Shown: positions 1 through 9,121, counted from the stretch's first letter. The stretch is DNA of 38,544 bases from Armatimonadota bacterium (GCA_043814095.1 JBDRKI010000028.1:1-38544), one strand, 5' to 3'. The notes: generated by a model not told the origin, from the sequence alone. Numbers and translations: made by a program.

Positions 1-140
1 ATCCGGTATGCCGATAAAATGAATGCCCCGACACCATAAAAAAACGGCATTCGGTTATCCGTGGAATCGGCATTCGGTTATCTCTGGAATTGACATTCGG
101 ATTCCTCTGGAATCATCATTCGATTAGCGTGGAATATGCA
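1..140 (-). mobile_element. Terminal region of an IS21-family-like insertion sequence; the element continues left beyond the window
   Basis: Minus strand from 140 reads TGCATATTCCACGCTAATCGAATG. Four tandem 22-23 bp subterminal repeats (45-67, 68-90, 91-113, 114-135; core CATTCGG-N8-GGAAT-like). A TG terminus with multiple internal repeats is typical of IS21 ends. It interrupts the ISL3 transposase frame at 140/141. Confidence 0.75.
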
Positions 141-737
141 ATAATAACGATCTAGGACTTCGGCCTTTCTGCCCTTGTCGTTCCAAATTACAATCCTTCT
201 GTCCACATCAATCACATTTGTTAAATATCTATGGTATTTTAAATAACTAACTTCGTCCACGCTTATATTAGTTGCTGCGGGCGGCGGAGATAAAAGTTGC
301 TTTGCTTTTTCTTCTAAAACTTCTTTGTCTATGCGATATACCATCTCGTCGTCCAAGCCCAAAAACCAACCCGCTTCTTGGTTTGTTGTTATCGCGGTCA
401 ATCTGTTAACTTTCTCAGCAAAGCGGCTTGTTACTCTCGCATATCTTTTAAGCCAAGGGACAATCTCTGTGTATATTCCACCCTTGTCCAAACATCTGTA
501 TCTGCGCTTCACAACATGAAGGTATACGGTTCTGCCGCACATTGATAAATCTCTAACCACGATTTCTTTAGAGCCGTGATATCCTTTTTTATGTTGTTTC
601 CCGCAAGCAGAACAGATAGCTTTTTTATTTTTATACGGTTCTAACCGTAAATGTATCTCTTTATCGTTTATTAATATTATCTCTGTTATTTTATACTCTG
701 GTATATTTATTATTTTTTTGATAGTATATTTATGCAT
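141..737 (-). pseudogene. ISL3-family transposase, N-terminal part, truncated by the IS21-like insertion
   Basis: zf-ISL3-like CSACG...VRDL...RRYRC, HTH region (RYARVTSRF), start of DDE core (ISVDEVSYLKYHRYLTNVID...KGRKAEVL). The ORF-track tail CIFHANRMMIPEESECQFQR is translated IS21-end DNA. Confidence 0.85.
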
Positions 738-868
738 CGGCTACCACCTGATTTGTTTTTTTCTTCAACTAAACTATATCAGGTTTTACTGCGTAGTCGA
801 TGCTTTCTTTTTCTCCTTATTCCATAACGCTTTTAGCTATATCAGTGCAACTTATTTACGAAAGAACC
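141..868 (-). mobile_element. ISL3-family IS, left portion; left inverted repeat ends at 868
   Basis: Minus strand from 868 begins GGTTCTTTCGTAAATAAGTTGCAC (GGYTCT is the usual ISL3 terminus), next to an AT-rich flank AATAATAT (869-876), about 130 bp upstream of the transposase ATG. Confidence 0.7.
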
Positions 869-875
869 AATAATA

Positions 876-1076
876 TTAAAGATACCTTGCATGGGCTTTT
901 ACGAAAGCCTTAACTGATCTGTCGTATGTTTTTTCCGATTCTTTTGGAAAAAGGCAGCCCGGTATCTCTTTTCTCCTTCTGTGATAAAGTATGCATTCAC
1001 AGCATACCCCTCTCTTATCGCATGATGCATAAGTACAGGTACATTCCGCCTGGTTTGCCAAACTTCTGCAGTCCAT
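876..1076 (-). CDS. Small Cys-rich protein, DUF6485-like
   Basis: CTCTY..C..RGVCCECILYH...EIPGCLF...EKTYDRS pattern; GAGG RBS upstream of ATG. Confidence 0.75.
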   Translation of the reverse strand: MDCRSLANQAECTCTYASCDKRGVCCECILYHRRRKEIPGCLFPKESEKTYDRSVKAFVKAHARYL

Positions 1077-1173
1077 ATTTTACCTCGCATTTGATAACAA
1101 AATTTACATCTTATTCATTTAACTTATGCTTAATAATTCCTTTTTATATATTTATTATTATTGTGCGGACTTT

Positions 1174-1250
1174 ATTAACAAATTGTTAACAATTTGTTAA
1201 CATTCTGTTAACAAATCGGCAACAAAAAATAAAGTTTCGCGTGCTATAAT
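1174..1250 (+). promoter_or_regulatory. GTTAAC direct-repeat array (11-bp period) and extended -10 promoter of the caspase-domain gene
   Basis: ATTAAC 1174, GTTAAC 1185, 1196, 1207, degenerate GGCAAC 1218; TGC-TATAAT with the hexamer at 1245-1250. Confidence 0.65.
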
Positions 1251-1374
1251 TAAATCGGAAAAAGATTTCCCTCAAATTTCACCCAAAATTATCAAAATTC
1301 ATTACTTATTATATAACCATCTGCCTATTTTATCTTTGAAACATATATATTTTATACTTGGGGAGAGAGAGCAA

Positions 1375-4071
1375 ATGAAAAAATTTATTTCTATCATCTT
1401 TGCAATAACTTTATGTCTGCTTTTTCCATGGATTTTAACAGGCTGCGGAGGCGGCGGTGGCGGAGCCTCTTCGGGCGGCGGCGCAGTTGTTTCCTCTGCA
1501 TCAAGCGCTTCGGTTCCGCAAACAGAGCCGGAGCCGGAATCAGATGGAAAAAACATTTTAATTACTCTATCAGCCGGTGACGGTTCTATATACGCGGTAA
1601 TAGTAGGCGCAAACGGCTGTCCGGGAGCTGAGAATAAACTACTGCATACCGCGAATGATGCCGTGGATTTTAAAGATGCTTTAGTTACTCAAAAAATTCA
1701 AATCTTAAGTGAAGAAAGCAAAGTAACTAAATCAACAATTCAAGAAGCCATTAAAGAAGCTAAAGAACATCTTTCAGAGAACGGCTTGTTTATATTTTTC
1801 TATTCTGGCTACGGAAGCAACGCTAACGGCGAGGGATATCTTGCGCCTCAGGGAAATATGGACAATTCAGACAATATTATAAGCGGCAACGAATTAAAAA
1901 ACTGGCTTAAAGATCTTTCTTCAGACACAAAAAAATACATCCTTATAGATTCCTGTTTTAACGGTTTTTACGGAGCCTTCAGAAATAATAAATATACCCG
2001 ATTGTCTGTCTCTCCGATGATTTCCAAATTTATCAAGGCAAAAAATTCCAATAATTCCTACAGCGGTGAAAAATTCGCAAGGACCCTGCTCGAAGTTTCT
2101 AATACTTATATAATGACAGCGGCTAATGAAACTCAAGCCTGCTGGGAGAGCGATGTTCTTGAAAACGGAGTTTTTACCTATTACCTTTGCGAGGGACTAG
2201 GTACAGATGAAAGCACAGTTGGTTCCGCAGACACTGATCTAGACCTACCCTCTACAACAGATATTTATGACGAACTTACCCCGCCTAAAATCATAACAGC
2301 AAAAGAATTAAGCTGCTATGTCCCCAAAGAAGCAGATAATTATATTAGAGGAGTTGAACAAAATGCCTTAGGCCAGCATCCGCAGTCATATGATAATTGC
2401 GCGGAAACCTTAAAAATAAAGTCCGTAAGTAGCTATTTTATGAATTACGGACGGGATGTTATAATAACAATATCAAAACCAGACCGTTCAGCATGCGCCG
2501 TTATTGTCGGTGTATGCGGCAGTGAAGGCAATGGATCAAAATTTGCTTCAAATGACGCATTTGATTTTAAAGATGCGCTCCTCGACAATCCACTATGGCA
2601 AGACGCTCAAGTGCATTCCAACAGCTTTACCCAGATAACAAAAGGCAAGATTCAGATAGCTTTATCGCTTGCCAGAAATAAAATAGATACAGACGGTTTA
2701 TTTATATTTGCATACTCAGGCAACGGCGGCAATTCCGACGGCAAAGGCTATTTACTGCCCCGCGGCGGCGAACAAAACCCCAGGAAAAGAATAAGCGAAA
2801 AAGAATTAAAAATCTGGCTTGATAATTTTTTATGTTCTAAAAAATACATTTTAATGGAAGCCGATTTTAACAGTAAAATAGCAGATTCAAAATCTGAATC
2901 TGTTTACAATAATGATATGTTCGCCGAAGCATTAGCTGAATCATTAAACACTTATGTAATGATATCCGCAAGCGGCAAAGAGTCAAGCCTTGAAGATGAC
3001 CGCCTGCAGAACAGTATTTTCATGTATTATGTCTGTGAAGGACTCGGAGAAGACGGTGGCATAATAGGTGAGGCTGATGCTGATTCAAATAATGCAATAA
3101 CTCCTAGAGAATTATGGCTCTATACAGCACTAAATGTCAGATATCACGCCTCCCAAATGCATAACGATATTTTAAGTCAGATACCAAAATCATATTATAA
3201 AAACTGTCATAAAAGCTTCAATCTAAAAAGCGGATCCTGCGGGGAAACAGCCGGAAACACAATAATTACAATATCAAAACCAGATAATTCCGCATACGCT
3301 GTACTTGTCGGCATAGCAGATTATCCCGGTACAGAAAATGATCTGCCATTTCCTGTAATAGAGATGAATAATTTTACAGCTCAACTGATCGACGAAGGAA
3401 TAATATCTAGCACCTCCCTATGGAAAGGCTCAAAAGTGGAAATTAAAGAAAATATCAGAGCAACAAAAGCAGAAATTAAAAAAGCTATTATAAACGCCAG
3501 AAATCATATTGATCAAAACGGGTTATTCATATTTTTATATGGCGGGCACGGAGCCAATGACTACATTACAACTTATTATAATTGCTCGCATATAACCAAA
3601 GAAGAATTAAGATTCTGGCTTGATAATTTTCCTGCGCAGTCAAAAAAATGCATTCTTTTATCTACATGTCATGCAGGTTCTTTTATAGATAAAACTATGA
3701 GAGCAGACAGTTCCAAAACAGGTGCAGTTTTTGTAAAAAAATTTATACCTAAATTTGACAGCGAAAAATTTATTAAATCTATAGTAGGATCTTCTAATAC
3801 TTATGTTATGGCAGCATGCAAAGGAAATGAACTTGCATGGGGAACCTGGGAACTGCAAAGCAGTGCTTTTGTATACTTTATAAATCAGGGACTAAAAGCT
3901 AAAGCCGGTTTAAATAGTGACGGCATCATAACGGCTGAAGAGTTGAACTTATATGCCACTCCGCGTGTGGCTGAATATATTTACAATTGCAATATTATTT
4001 ATGAAGGTGTGCGCCAGACCTGCAACCCACAGTCATACGATAATGTTCCGGGGGAACTTAGAATAAAATAA
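1375..4071 (+). CDS. Lipoprotein with three tandem caspase-like (peptidase C14/CHF) domains
   Basis: ATG 1375 after a purine-rich RBS; signal peptide with lipobox LTGC and Gly/Ser linker. Three repeats beginning I(I/L)IT(I/L)S..D.S.(Y/C)AV.VG, with motifs YSGYG/DSC, YSGNG/EAD and YGGHG/STCHAG, each ending in a QSY/KSY...(I/L)K-like segment. DNA similarity at an 801-bp offset (2461/3262, 2813/3614). Confidence 0.85.
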   Translation: MKKFISIIFAITLCLLFPWILTGCGGGGGGASSGGGAVVSSASSASVPQTEPEPESDGKNILITLSAGDGSIYAVIVGANGCPGAENKLLHTANDAVDFKDALVTQKIQILSEESKVTKSTIQEAIKEAKEHLSENGLFIFFYSGYGSNANGEGYLAPQGNMDNSDNIISGNELKNWLKDLSSDTKKYILIDSCFNGFYGAFRNNKYTRLSVSPMISKFIKAKNSNNSYSGEKFARTLLEVSNTYIMTAANETQACWESDVLENGVFTYYLCEGLGTDESTVGSADTDLDLPSTTDIYDELTPPKIITAKELSCYVPKEADNYIRGVEQNALGQHPQSYDNCAETLKIKSVSSYFMNYGRDVIITISKPDRSACAVIVGVCGSEGNGSKFASNDAFDFKDALLDNPLWQDAQVHSNSFTQITKGKIQIALSLARNKIDTDGLFIFAYSGNGGNSDGKGYLLPRGGEQNPRKRISEKELKIWLDNFLCSKKYILMEADFNSKIADSKSESVYNNDMFAEALAESLNTYVMISASGKESSLEDDRLQNSIFMYYVCEGLGEDGGIIGEADADSNNAITPRELWLYTALNVRYHASQMHNDILSQIPKSYYKNCHKSFNLKSGSCGETAGNTIITISKPDNSAYAVLVGIADYPGTENDLPFPVIEMNNFTAQLIDEGIISSTSLWKGSKVEIKENIRATKAEIKKAIINARNHIDQNGLFIFLYGGHGANDYITTYYNCSHITKEELRFWLDNFPAQSKKCILLSTCHAGSFIDKTMRADSSKTGAVFVKKFIPKFDSEKFIKSIVGSSNTYVMAACKGNELAWGTWELQSSAFVYFINQGLKAKAGLNSDGIITAEELNLYATPRVAEYIYNCNIIYEGVRQTCNPQSYDNVPGELRIK

Positions 4072-4116
4072 GTGGCAGTTAAAGAGACAGTTTTGTCTTA
4101 TAGAAGAGAAGCAATA

Positions 4117-4722
4117 TTATCCTTGCGGAATTTTATTTATATCTATACTTACAGCCATAAAGGTGCAGAACGGAATTTTTACTTCAACCTTAACTTTCTC
4201 CCCTAAAGCCCTTTTTATAAGGTTTTTAAGCCCCCACGGGGTATAAAGAGTGGCCTTCCTGTAGATGCTGTTCTTTTTAAAGAATCTTTCAAGTGCAAGG
4301 AAGCTGAGTTTATTTAATACGCCCAAAACTATTCTTGAACGGGTAACCCTGCAGGCTTCCTGGAGAGCCTTTTCAGGAACTTCGCAGAATTCCAGGCTTG
4401 TTATCATGGTGCTTATATTAAAATCATCGTCGCCGAAAGGCAGGTTCTTCGCATCCCCGTTTACAAAGCTTGCTTTTGTATCTTTGCTTTTCGCTATCTC
4501 AAGCATCTTTAATGAAGAATCCACGCCCGTAACATTAAAGCCCTTCTCCTGAAAATAGGTGCTGAAAAAACCGGTGCCGCACCCTATATCAAGCAGTTTC
4601 TCCCCTTTATAGGGTTCTACAAACTCCATAAGAGCTTTCTTTTCCATATCAGATAAGAACTTGCCCTTATCGGTAAAATACCAGTTTTCATACCCTTGTG
4701 CTATTTCGTTAAAATCCGTCAT
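4117..4722 (-). CDS. Class I SAM-dependent methyltransferase
   Basis: LLDIGCGTG motif I, GVDSS, GDAKNLPFGDDDF. Confidence 0.9.
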   Translation of the reverse strand: MTDFNEIAQGYENWYFTDKGKFLSDMEKKALMEFVEPYKGEKLLDIGCGTGFFSTYFQEKGFNVTGVDSSLKMLEIAKSKDTKASFVNGDAKNLPFGDDDFNISTMITSLEFCEVPEKALQEACRVTRSRIVLGVLNKLSFLALERFFKKNSIYRKATLYTPWGLKNLIKRALGEKVKVEVKIPFCTFMAVSIDINKIPQG

Positions 4723-4725
4723 AAA

Positions 4726-6042
4726 TTATCCCCGTTGTTTAAGGATATTATAAGCGAGAGCGTATTTTGTCCTTATCTTCATAATATCACAGCTTATCTT
4801 ATCCGGTTTAAGTATATCCCCGTTTGTAAAATAATTTGCCGCGGCGCACCCGCCCGAACAGTACACCTTTACCCAGCAGTTAGAACACTCACCTTTATTA
4901 AAAATATGGTTCTTCTTAAAAATATCCGCAATATCTTTATCGATAACGCCTTCGGTTATACTGCCCATCTTAAATTCCTTAACGCCGACAAACTGGTGGC
5001 AGGGATAAATATCCCCGTTATAATCAACTGCAAAATACTTAACACCCGCGGCGCAGGCTCTTAATCTTTTTTCAACACACGGCGGTTTATAAATATTTAA
5101 GTTAAAGTGATAAAAATCAAACTCCCTGCCCTCTTTACTCGCTTCTATAAGGTATTTCGCGCACTTATCATATTCCTTATCCACTTTTAAAAGATCGCTA
5201 TCTTTTACTCCGTATTCATCAGATGACCTGACTATGGGTTCTAAGGAGAAATATTTTATGCCTTTATCCATATAGAACTTAAAAGAAGATGAAAAATCAA
5301 GCGTCTTTCCCGCATATGTGCCTCTAACATAATAATTATCTTTTCTTGATTTAAGAAGCTTCTCAAGGGATTCATAAACCTTATCAAAAGTATCCGAGCC
5401 GTTAACATGTTTTCTCATCTTATCATGGCAGTTTTTATCTCCGTCAAGACTGAAAACAAGATTAACATCATATTTATTTAAAAACGCTATTTTCTCATCA
5501 GAAAGAAGATACCCGTTAGTAGTAAGCGCGATCTTTACTTTCTTATCCGAATCTTTCTTTTTTTTATCTATATATTCTATAGTTTTGACGCAGACTGGCC
5601 AGTTTAAGAGGGGTTCCCCGCCGAAAAGATCAAACTCAATATTTCCGGAGTTCTGCGTAAATAAAAAGTCTACAGCCGCTAAAGAAGTCTCTTCATCCAT
5701 GTCATAAGAAGGGGTATTCTTCCTGCCGTATTTCCCGTAACAGTAACTGCAGCGGAAGTTGCAGTTGCCTGAGATGATAAGACATAACGAATTGGGCGCT
5801 ATATCTTCCTTCTCAAGTCTTTCAGCTGTTTTCCTGTAATCTTCTATAGACTTTTTATCAGTAATTAAAGAACCCAGTTCTTTGATTACTTCATTATATG
5901 TATCTTCATATTCATTAAAGTCTTTAAAAAAACCAGCAATATCCGGGCTTATCTCATAAACAGCGCCCGTATTCTTATTTACAATAAGATCTTCATCCAG
6001 TACATTAAAATAATGAAGGTTATTATTTATTTTCGTTTTCAC
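4726..6042 (-). CDS. scfB: Radical SAM/SPASM ranthipeptide (SCIFF) maturase
   Basis: CNFRCSYC; FGGEPLLN; YYVRGTY; SPASM PC...R..ACAAG...GDIYPCHQF...CSNCW...CSGGCAA; directly downstream of and overlapping a SCIFF precursor. Confidence 0.9.
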   Translation of the reverse strand: MKTKINNNLHYFNVLDEDLIVNKNTGAVYEISPDIAGFFKDFNEYEDTYNEVIKELGSLITDKKSIEDYRKTAERLEKEDIAPNSLCLIISGNCNFRCSYCYGKYGRKNTPSYDMDEETSLAAVDFLFTQNSGNIEFDLFGGEPLLNWPVCVKTIEYIDKKKKDSDKKVKIALTTNGYLLSDEKIAFLNKYDVNLVFSLDGDKNCHDKMRKHVNGSDTFDKVYESLEKLLKSRKDNYYVRGTYAGKTLDFSSSFKFYMDKGIKYFSLEPIVRSSDEYGVKDSDLLKVDKEYDKCAKYLIEASKEGREFDFYHFNLNIYKPPCVEKRLRACAAGVKYFAVDYNGDIYPCHQFVGVKEFKMGSITEGVIDKDIADIFKKNHIFNKGECSNCWVKVYCSGGCAAANYFTNGDILKPDKISCDIMKIRTKYALAYNILKQRG

Positions 6043-6160
6043 AGTGTGTATTGGTTACGGTAATTGAAGTTTTGCATGCAGTCTGGCAGGATGACTGGCA
6101 CTTCTCGCATCCGCCTTCTTTAATCTGATCATCAATTACTTTTTTAATTCTTGCTTCCAT
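6023..6160 (-). CDS. scfA: SCIFF/ranthipeptide precursor peptide, 45 aa, five-cysteine variant (not in the ORF track)
   Basis: Translated by hand: MEARIKKVIDDQIKEGGCEKCQSSCQTACKTSITVTNTHCENENK*. GGAGG RBS 5 nt upstream. Matches the SCIFF core GGCxxCQxSCQxACKTS.TV.N..CE. Confidence 0.92.
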   Translation of the reverse strand: MEARIKKVIDDQIKEGGCEKCQSSCQTACKTSITVTNTHCENENK

Positions 6161-6183
6161 TTTTACCTCCGTATTATATAACT

Positions 6184-7245
6184 TTACACAGGTTTAAAAT
6201 TCATCTTTCCGTCAAGTTTCTCTATAAACGCGATTATGAGCTTCACGGCATTCTCAAGATCCTGCAGGGCTATAACTTCTCCCGGTGTATGCATATACCT
6301 GTTAGGTATGCTTATAAGGCCGGTTGCCATACCTTCGCGGTTAAGCTGCATTAAAGTAGCATCTGTCCCGGAATCACACGGCGAGCCCTCTATCTGGTGG
6401 GGTATCTTATGTCCTGATGCAGCTTTCACAAGCAGATCAAATATCTTATGGTTCATATTCGCGCCGCGCGATATTGTAGGGCCTTTGCCTAAAGATACAT
6501 CCCCTACTTTTTTCTTTGAAGCTCCGGGATAATCTGTTGCATGGGTAACATCTACGGCTATACCGACTTGGGCGTCAATCGCGTACGCGCAGGTGCGCAC
6601 ACCGCGCCTGCCCAGCTCTTCCTGGACGCTTGATGTGCCGTAAACAGCAGCTTTGATTTTCTTGCCTTTCAGTCTCCTTATAACTTCGGCAACCACAAAA
6701 CAGCCCGCCTTGTCGTCAAAAGATCTGCTTACGGCAAGCCCTCCATGAAGTTCTTCATATGAAACCGCAAATGTTATGGGATCACCTATGCTTACCGTCT
6801 TCTCGGCTTCTTTTTTCTTCTTAACGCCTATATCAAGCCAGTATTCATGCACTTTCATGGCTTTTTTCTTCTGATCTTCTTCCAGGAGATGTACAGCGGT
6901 TTTGCCTACAACTGCAAGAACCGGCCCTTTTTTAGTATGGATATGCATGCGCTGTCCCGCAATAATGCCGGGGTCAACCCCGCCTATAGCCGAGAAAGAG
7001 ATAAAACCGTTCTCATCAATATATCTTACCATAAATCCTATCTCGTCGGCATGCCCGCTTAACATTACTTTTATCTCTCCCTTGGGGTTAACGACAGCGG
7101 TCACGTTTCCGAGAACATCGGTTTCAATCTTATCGGCATAAGGTTTAACATATTTTTTAAAAACCTCCTGCGCCGGGGCCTCAAACCCCGCGGGTGACGG
7201 TGTCTGAATAAGCTTCTTTAAAAAATCCAACTGATCTTTGTGCAT
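6184..7245 (-). CDS. M42-family metallopeptidase (TET aminopeptidase-like)
   Basis: GHADEIG, FDDKAG, VQEELG, AVDVTHATD, RYMHTP. ATG 7245 follows a GGGAG RBS (ORF track starts at 7263). Confidence 0.9.
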   Translation of the reverse strand: MHKDQLDFLKKLIQTPSPAGFEAPAQEVFKKYVKPYADKIETDVLGNVTAVVNPKGEIKVMLSGHADEIGFMVRYIDENGFISFSAIGGVDPGIIAGQRMHIHTKKGPVLAVVGKTAVHLLEEDQKKKAMKVHEYWLDIGVKKKKEAEKTVSIGDPITFAVSYEELHGGLAVSRSFDDKAGCFVVAEVIRRLKGKKIKAAVYGTSSVQEELGRRGVRTCAYAIDAQVGIAVDVTHATDYPGASKKKVGDVSLGKGPTISRGANMNHKIFDLLVKAASGHKIPHQIEGSPCDSGTDATLMQLNREGMATGLISIPNRYMHTPGEVIALQDLENAVKLIIAFIEKLDGKMNFKPV

Positions 7246-7290
7246 AATATTTTCTCCCTTCATTATTTAATTATTTAAAAAACTTAAAAA

Positions 7291-7719
7291 TTATAATTTC
7301 CATAAATACAGTTCGGTATCTTTATCATATTCCCTTACCAAGTTTATATCTACAATTTCCTGTATTATCACTTCCCCGACAAAAACAACACATCCTTTTA
7401 CAAGATGACCCCCGAAAGCCTTACCTGTTTTATCGGACAAGGTTATATGCGCGTGTATAAAGGGACTCCCGTCTCTTAAGGAAATATTGCCTGTACAGTG
7501 CAGTATCTCGCACTGCTCGTTAACCTCAACCGTTTCATATTTTTTCTCTTCCCTTGAAAAAAAACCGAAACTGCCTTTCTGTACAGCTCCTATAATTGAA
7601 AATGTACCGCATTTTATATCATTATCAATAACAAATTTCTCAAGTTCTTCCAAAAGATCGGCACCGAAAGCCATCTTGCCCGCAATAGTTCTGCCCAGTT
7701 TACCCACAACCGCTTTCAC
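7291..7719 (-). CDS. PPC/DUF296 domain protein
   Basis: IGAV, EI...GNIS...PFIHAHITL...FGGHL motifs; AGGAGG RBS before GTG. Confidence 0.9.
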   Translation of the reverse strand: MKAVVGKLGRTIAGKMAFGADLLEELEKFVIDNDIKCGTFSIIGAVQKGSFGFFSREEKKYETVEVNEQCEILHCTGNISLRDGSPFIHAHITLSDKTGKAFGGHLVKGCVVFVGEVIIQEIVDINLVREYDKDTELYLWKL

Positions 7720-7731
7720 AGCTTCCTCCTA

Positions 7732-9072
7732 TTAATTTATTAATGCTTCGTATATGCCTTCAGAGAATGTAGGGTGCGGGAATACGCTTTCTGAAATATC
7801 TGAAGCTTTTAATTTATTCCTTACCGCGACAGCGCCCAGACTTATAAGTTCGGTTGCGGTAGCTCCTAAAATATGCATTCCTATAATCTCATTATTTCCT
7901 TTATTTATCAATATTTTCGTAAATCCTTCAATCTCCCCCGCTGCCCATGCTATACCAAGCGCTCTTGTAAAGAATTTTTTAACTTCATAATCAATCCCGG
8001 ATTTCTTTGCGTTTTCTTCCGATAATCCCACAGAAGCCGCTTCGGGTATTGTATATACACACCCCGGTACCGCATTATAGTCAATAAAGCAGTTCTCCCC
8101 TGATATACTTTTAATTACTTCATGTCCTTCAAATGATGCTTTATGTGCAAGCATGGGGTTCCCTATAAGGTCGCCTATAGCGTAAACATTATCCGATGAT
8201 GTCTTAAAATTCTTATCCGTTATTATAAATCCCTTACCCTCTTTTTTAATTCCCGCGTCTTTACTAATAAAAGAAGTATCGGGAATCCTGCCTACGGCAA
8301 CAAGCACCTTATCAACGTTAAATTCTCCCGAAGAAGCTTTAACTTCTATCTTTCCTTCTTTATATTCCAAAGATTCAACCTTTGTGCCTGTCATAATTTT
8401 TATGTCTTTTTTCTTAAGCTCTCTTGCCAAACTACTGGCAAGCTCTGTATCCATACCCGGGAGAAGCTGCTCCATCATCTCAATAACTGTTACTTTGCTG
8501 GCGAAAGAATTAAATACAGACGCGAATTCCAATCCAATAGCCCCTCCCCCTATAATCAACAAACTCTCAGGCACTTTATTTAGATTTAAAGCTTCATCGG
8601 AAGTTATTATATTATCATTATTAAAATCAAAAAAGGAAGGTTTAGCTGCTTTAGAGCCCGCTGCAAGTATTATCTTATCCGCAATAACTTTCTCTTTAGA
8701 ACCGCCTTCTTTTATAACGGATAAACCGTCTTTATCTAATACCGCTTCCCCTTTTATAAGATTAATATTCATATTTTTAAATGTAAGTTCTATACCTTTA
8801 ACCTGCGCGCCTATTATCTTCTTATTCCTATCTACAACAAGGTTAAGATCTAAACTTAAATCAAGCTTTGAAGAACCAAAATCTTCCTTTTTCTTCTGTT
8901 TTTCAAAAATTTTGCTCACAGCTATCAATGCTTTTGTGGGAATGCACCCCCGCTGAAGACAGGTCCCTCCAAGCCCGTTTTTCTCTATAACAGTGACTTC
9001 ATATCCCTTCTTTGCGGCAGAAACCGCAGCGGCAACTCCGCCCGGGCCTGCTCCTATAACAGCTATCTTCAT
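7732..9072 (-). CDS. lpdA: Dihydrolipoamide dehydrogenase
   Basis: GAGPGG FAD motif, GGTCLQRGCIPTK redox disulfide, GGGAIGLE NAD motif, MLAHKA, C-terminal HPTFSE. Confidence 0.92.
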   Translation of the reverse strand: MKIAVIGAGPGGVAAAVSAAKKGYEVTVIEKNGLGGTCLQRGCIPTKALIAVSKIFEKQKKKEDFGSSKLDLSLDLNLVVDRNKKIIGAQVKGIELTFKNMNINLIKGEAVLDKDGLSVIKEGGSKEKVIADKIILAAGSKAAKPSFFDFNNDNIITSDEALNLNKVPESLLIIGGGAIGLEFASVFNSFASKVTVIEMMEQLLPGMDTELASSLARELKKKDIKIMTGTKVESLEYKEGKIEVKASSGEFNVDKVLVAVGRIPDTSFISKDAGIKKEGKGFIITDKNFKTSSDNVYAIGDLIGNPMLAHKASFEGHEVIKSISGENCFIDYNAVPGCVYTIPEAASVGLSEENAKKSGIDYEVKKFFTRALGIAWAAGEIEGFTKILINKGNNEIIGMHILGATATELISLGAVAVRNKLKASDISESVFPHPTFSEGIYEALIN

Positions 9073-9087
9073 AAAGATCTCTCCCTT

Positions 9088-9121
9088 AAAAAAATAAGGT
9101 TAAATTTCTTTAACCTTATTT
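9088..9121 (-). terminator. Intrinsic terminator-like hairpin with GAAA loop on the minus strand
   Basis: AAATAAGGTTAAA-TTTC-TTTAACCTTATTT (9092-9121), perfect 13-bp stem; A7 at 9088-9094 gives a minus-strand U tract. Confidence 0.7.

Noticed and set aside
45-135. 23-bp repeats as a CRISPR array
   Set aside because: Repeats are contiguous with no spacers and end at a TG terminus; they fit an IS21-type end.
1183-1213. GTTAAC arrays as clostridial-type Rex sites (TTGTTAA-N4-TTAACAA)
   Set aside because: Rex places the two TTAA 8 bp apart; here the period is 11 bp and extends to four copies.
1336-1374. ORF-track TTG start of the caspase gene
   Set aside because: ATG 1375 has an RBS and yields a proper lipoprotein signal peptide.
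8384-8956. 190-aa plus-strand ORF and the many similar antisense ORFs in the track
   Set aside because: Shadows of well-supported opposite-strand genes, with Ser/Ile/Phe-rich antisense composition and no RBS.
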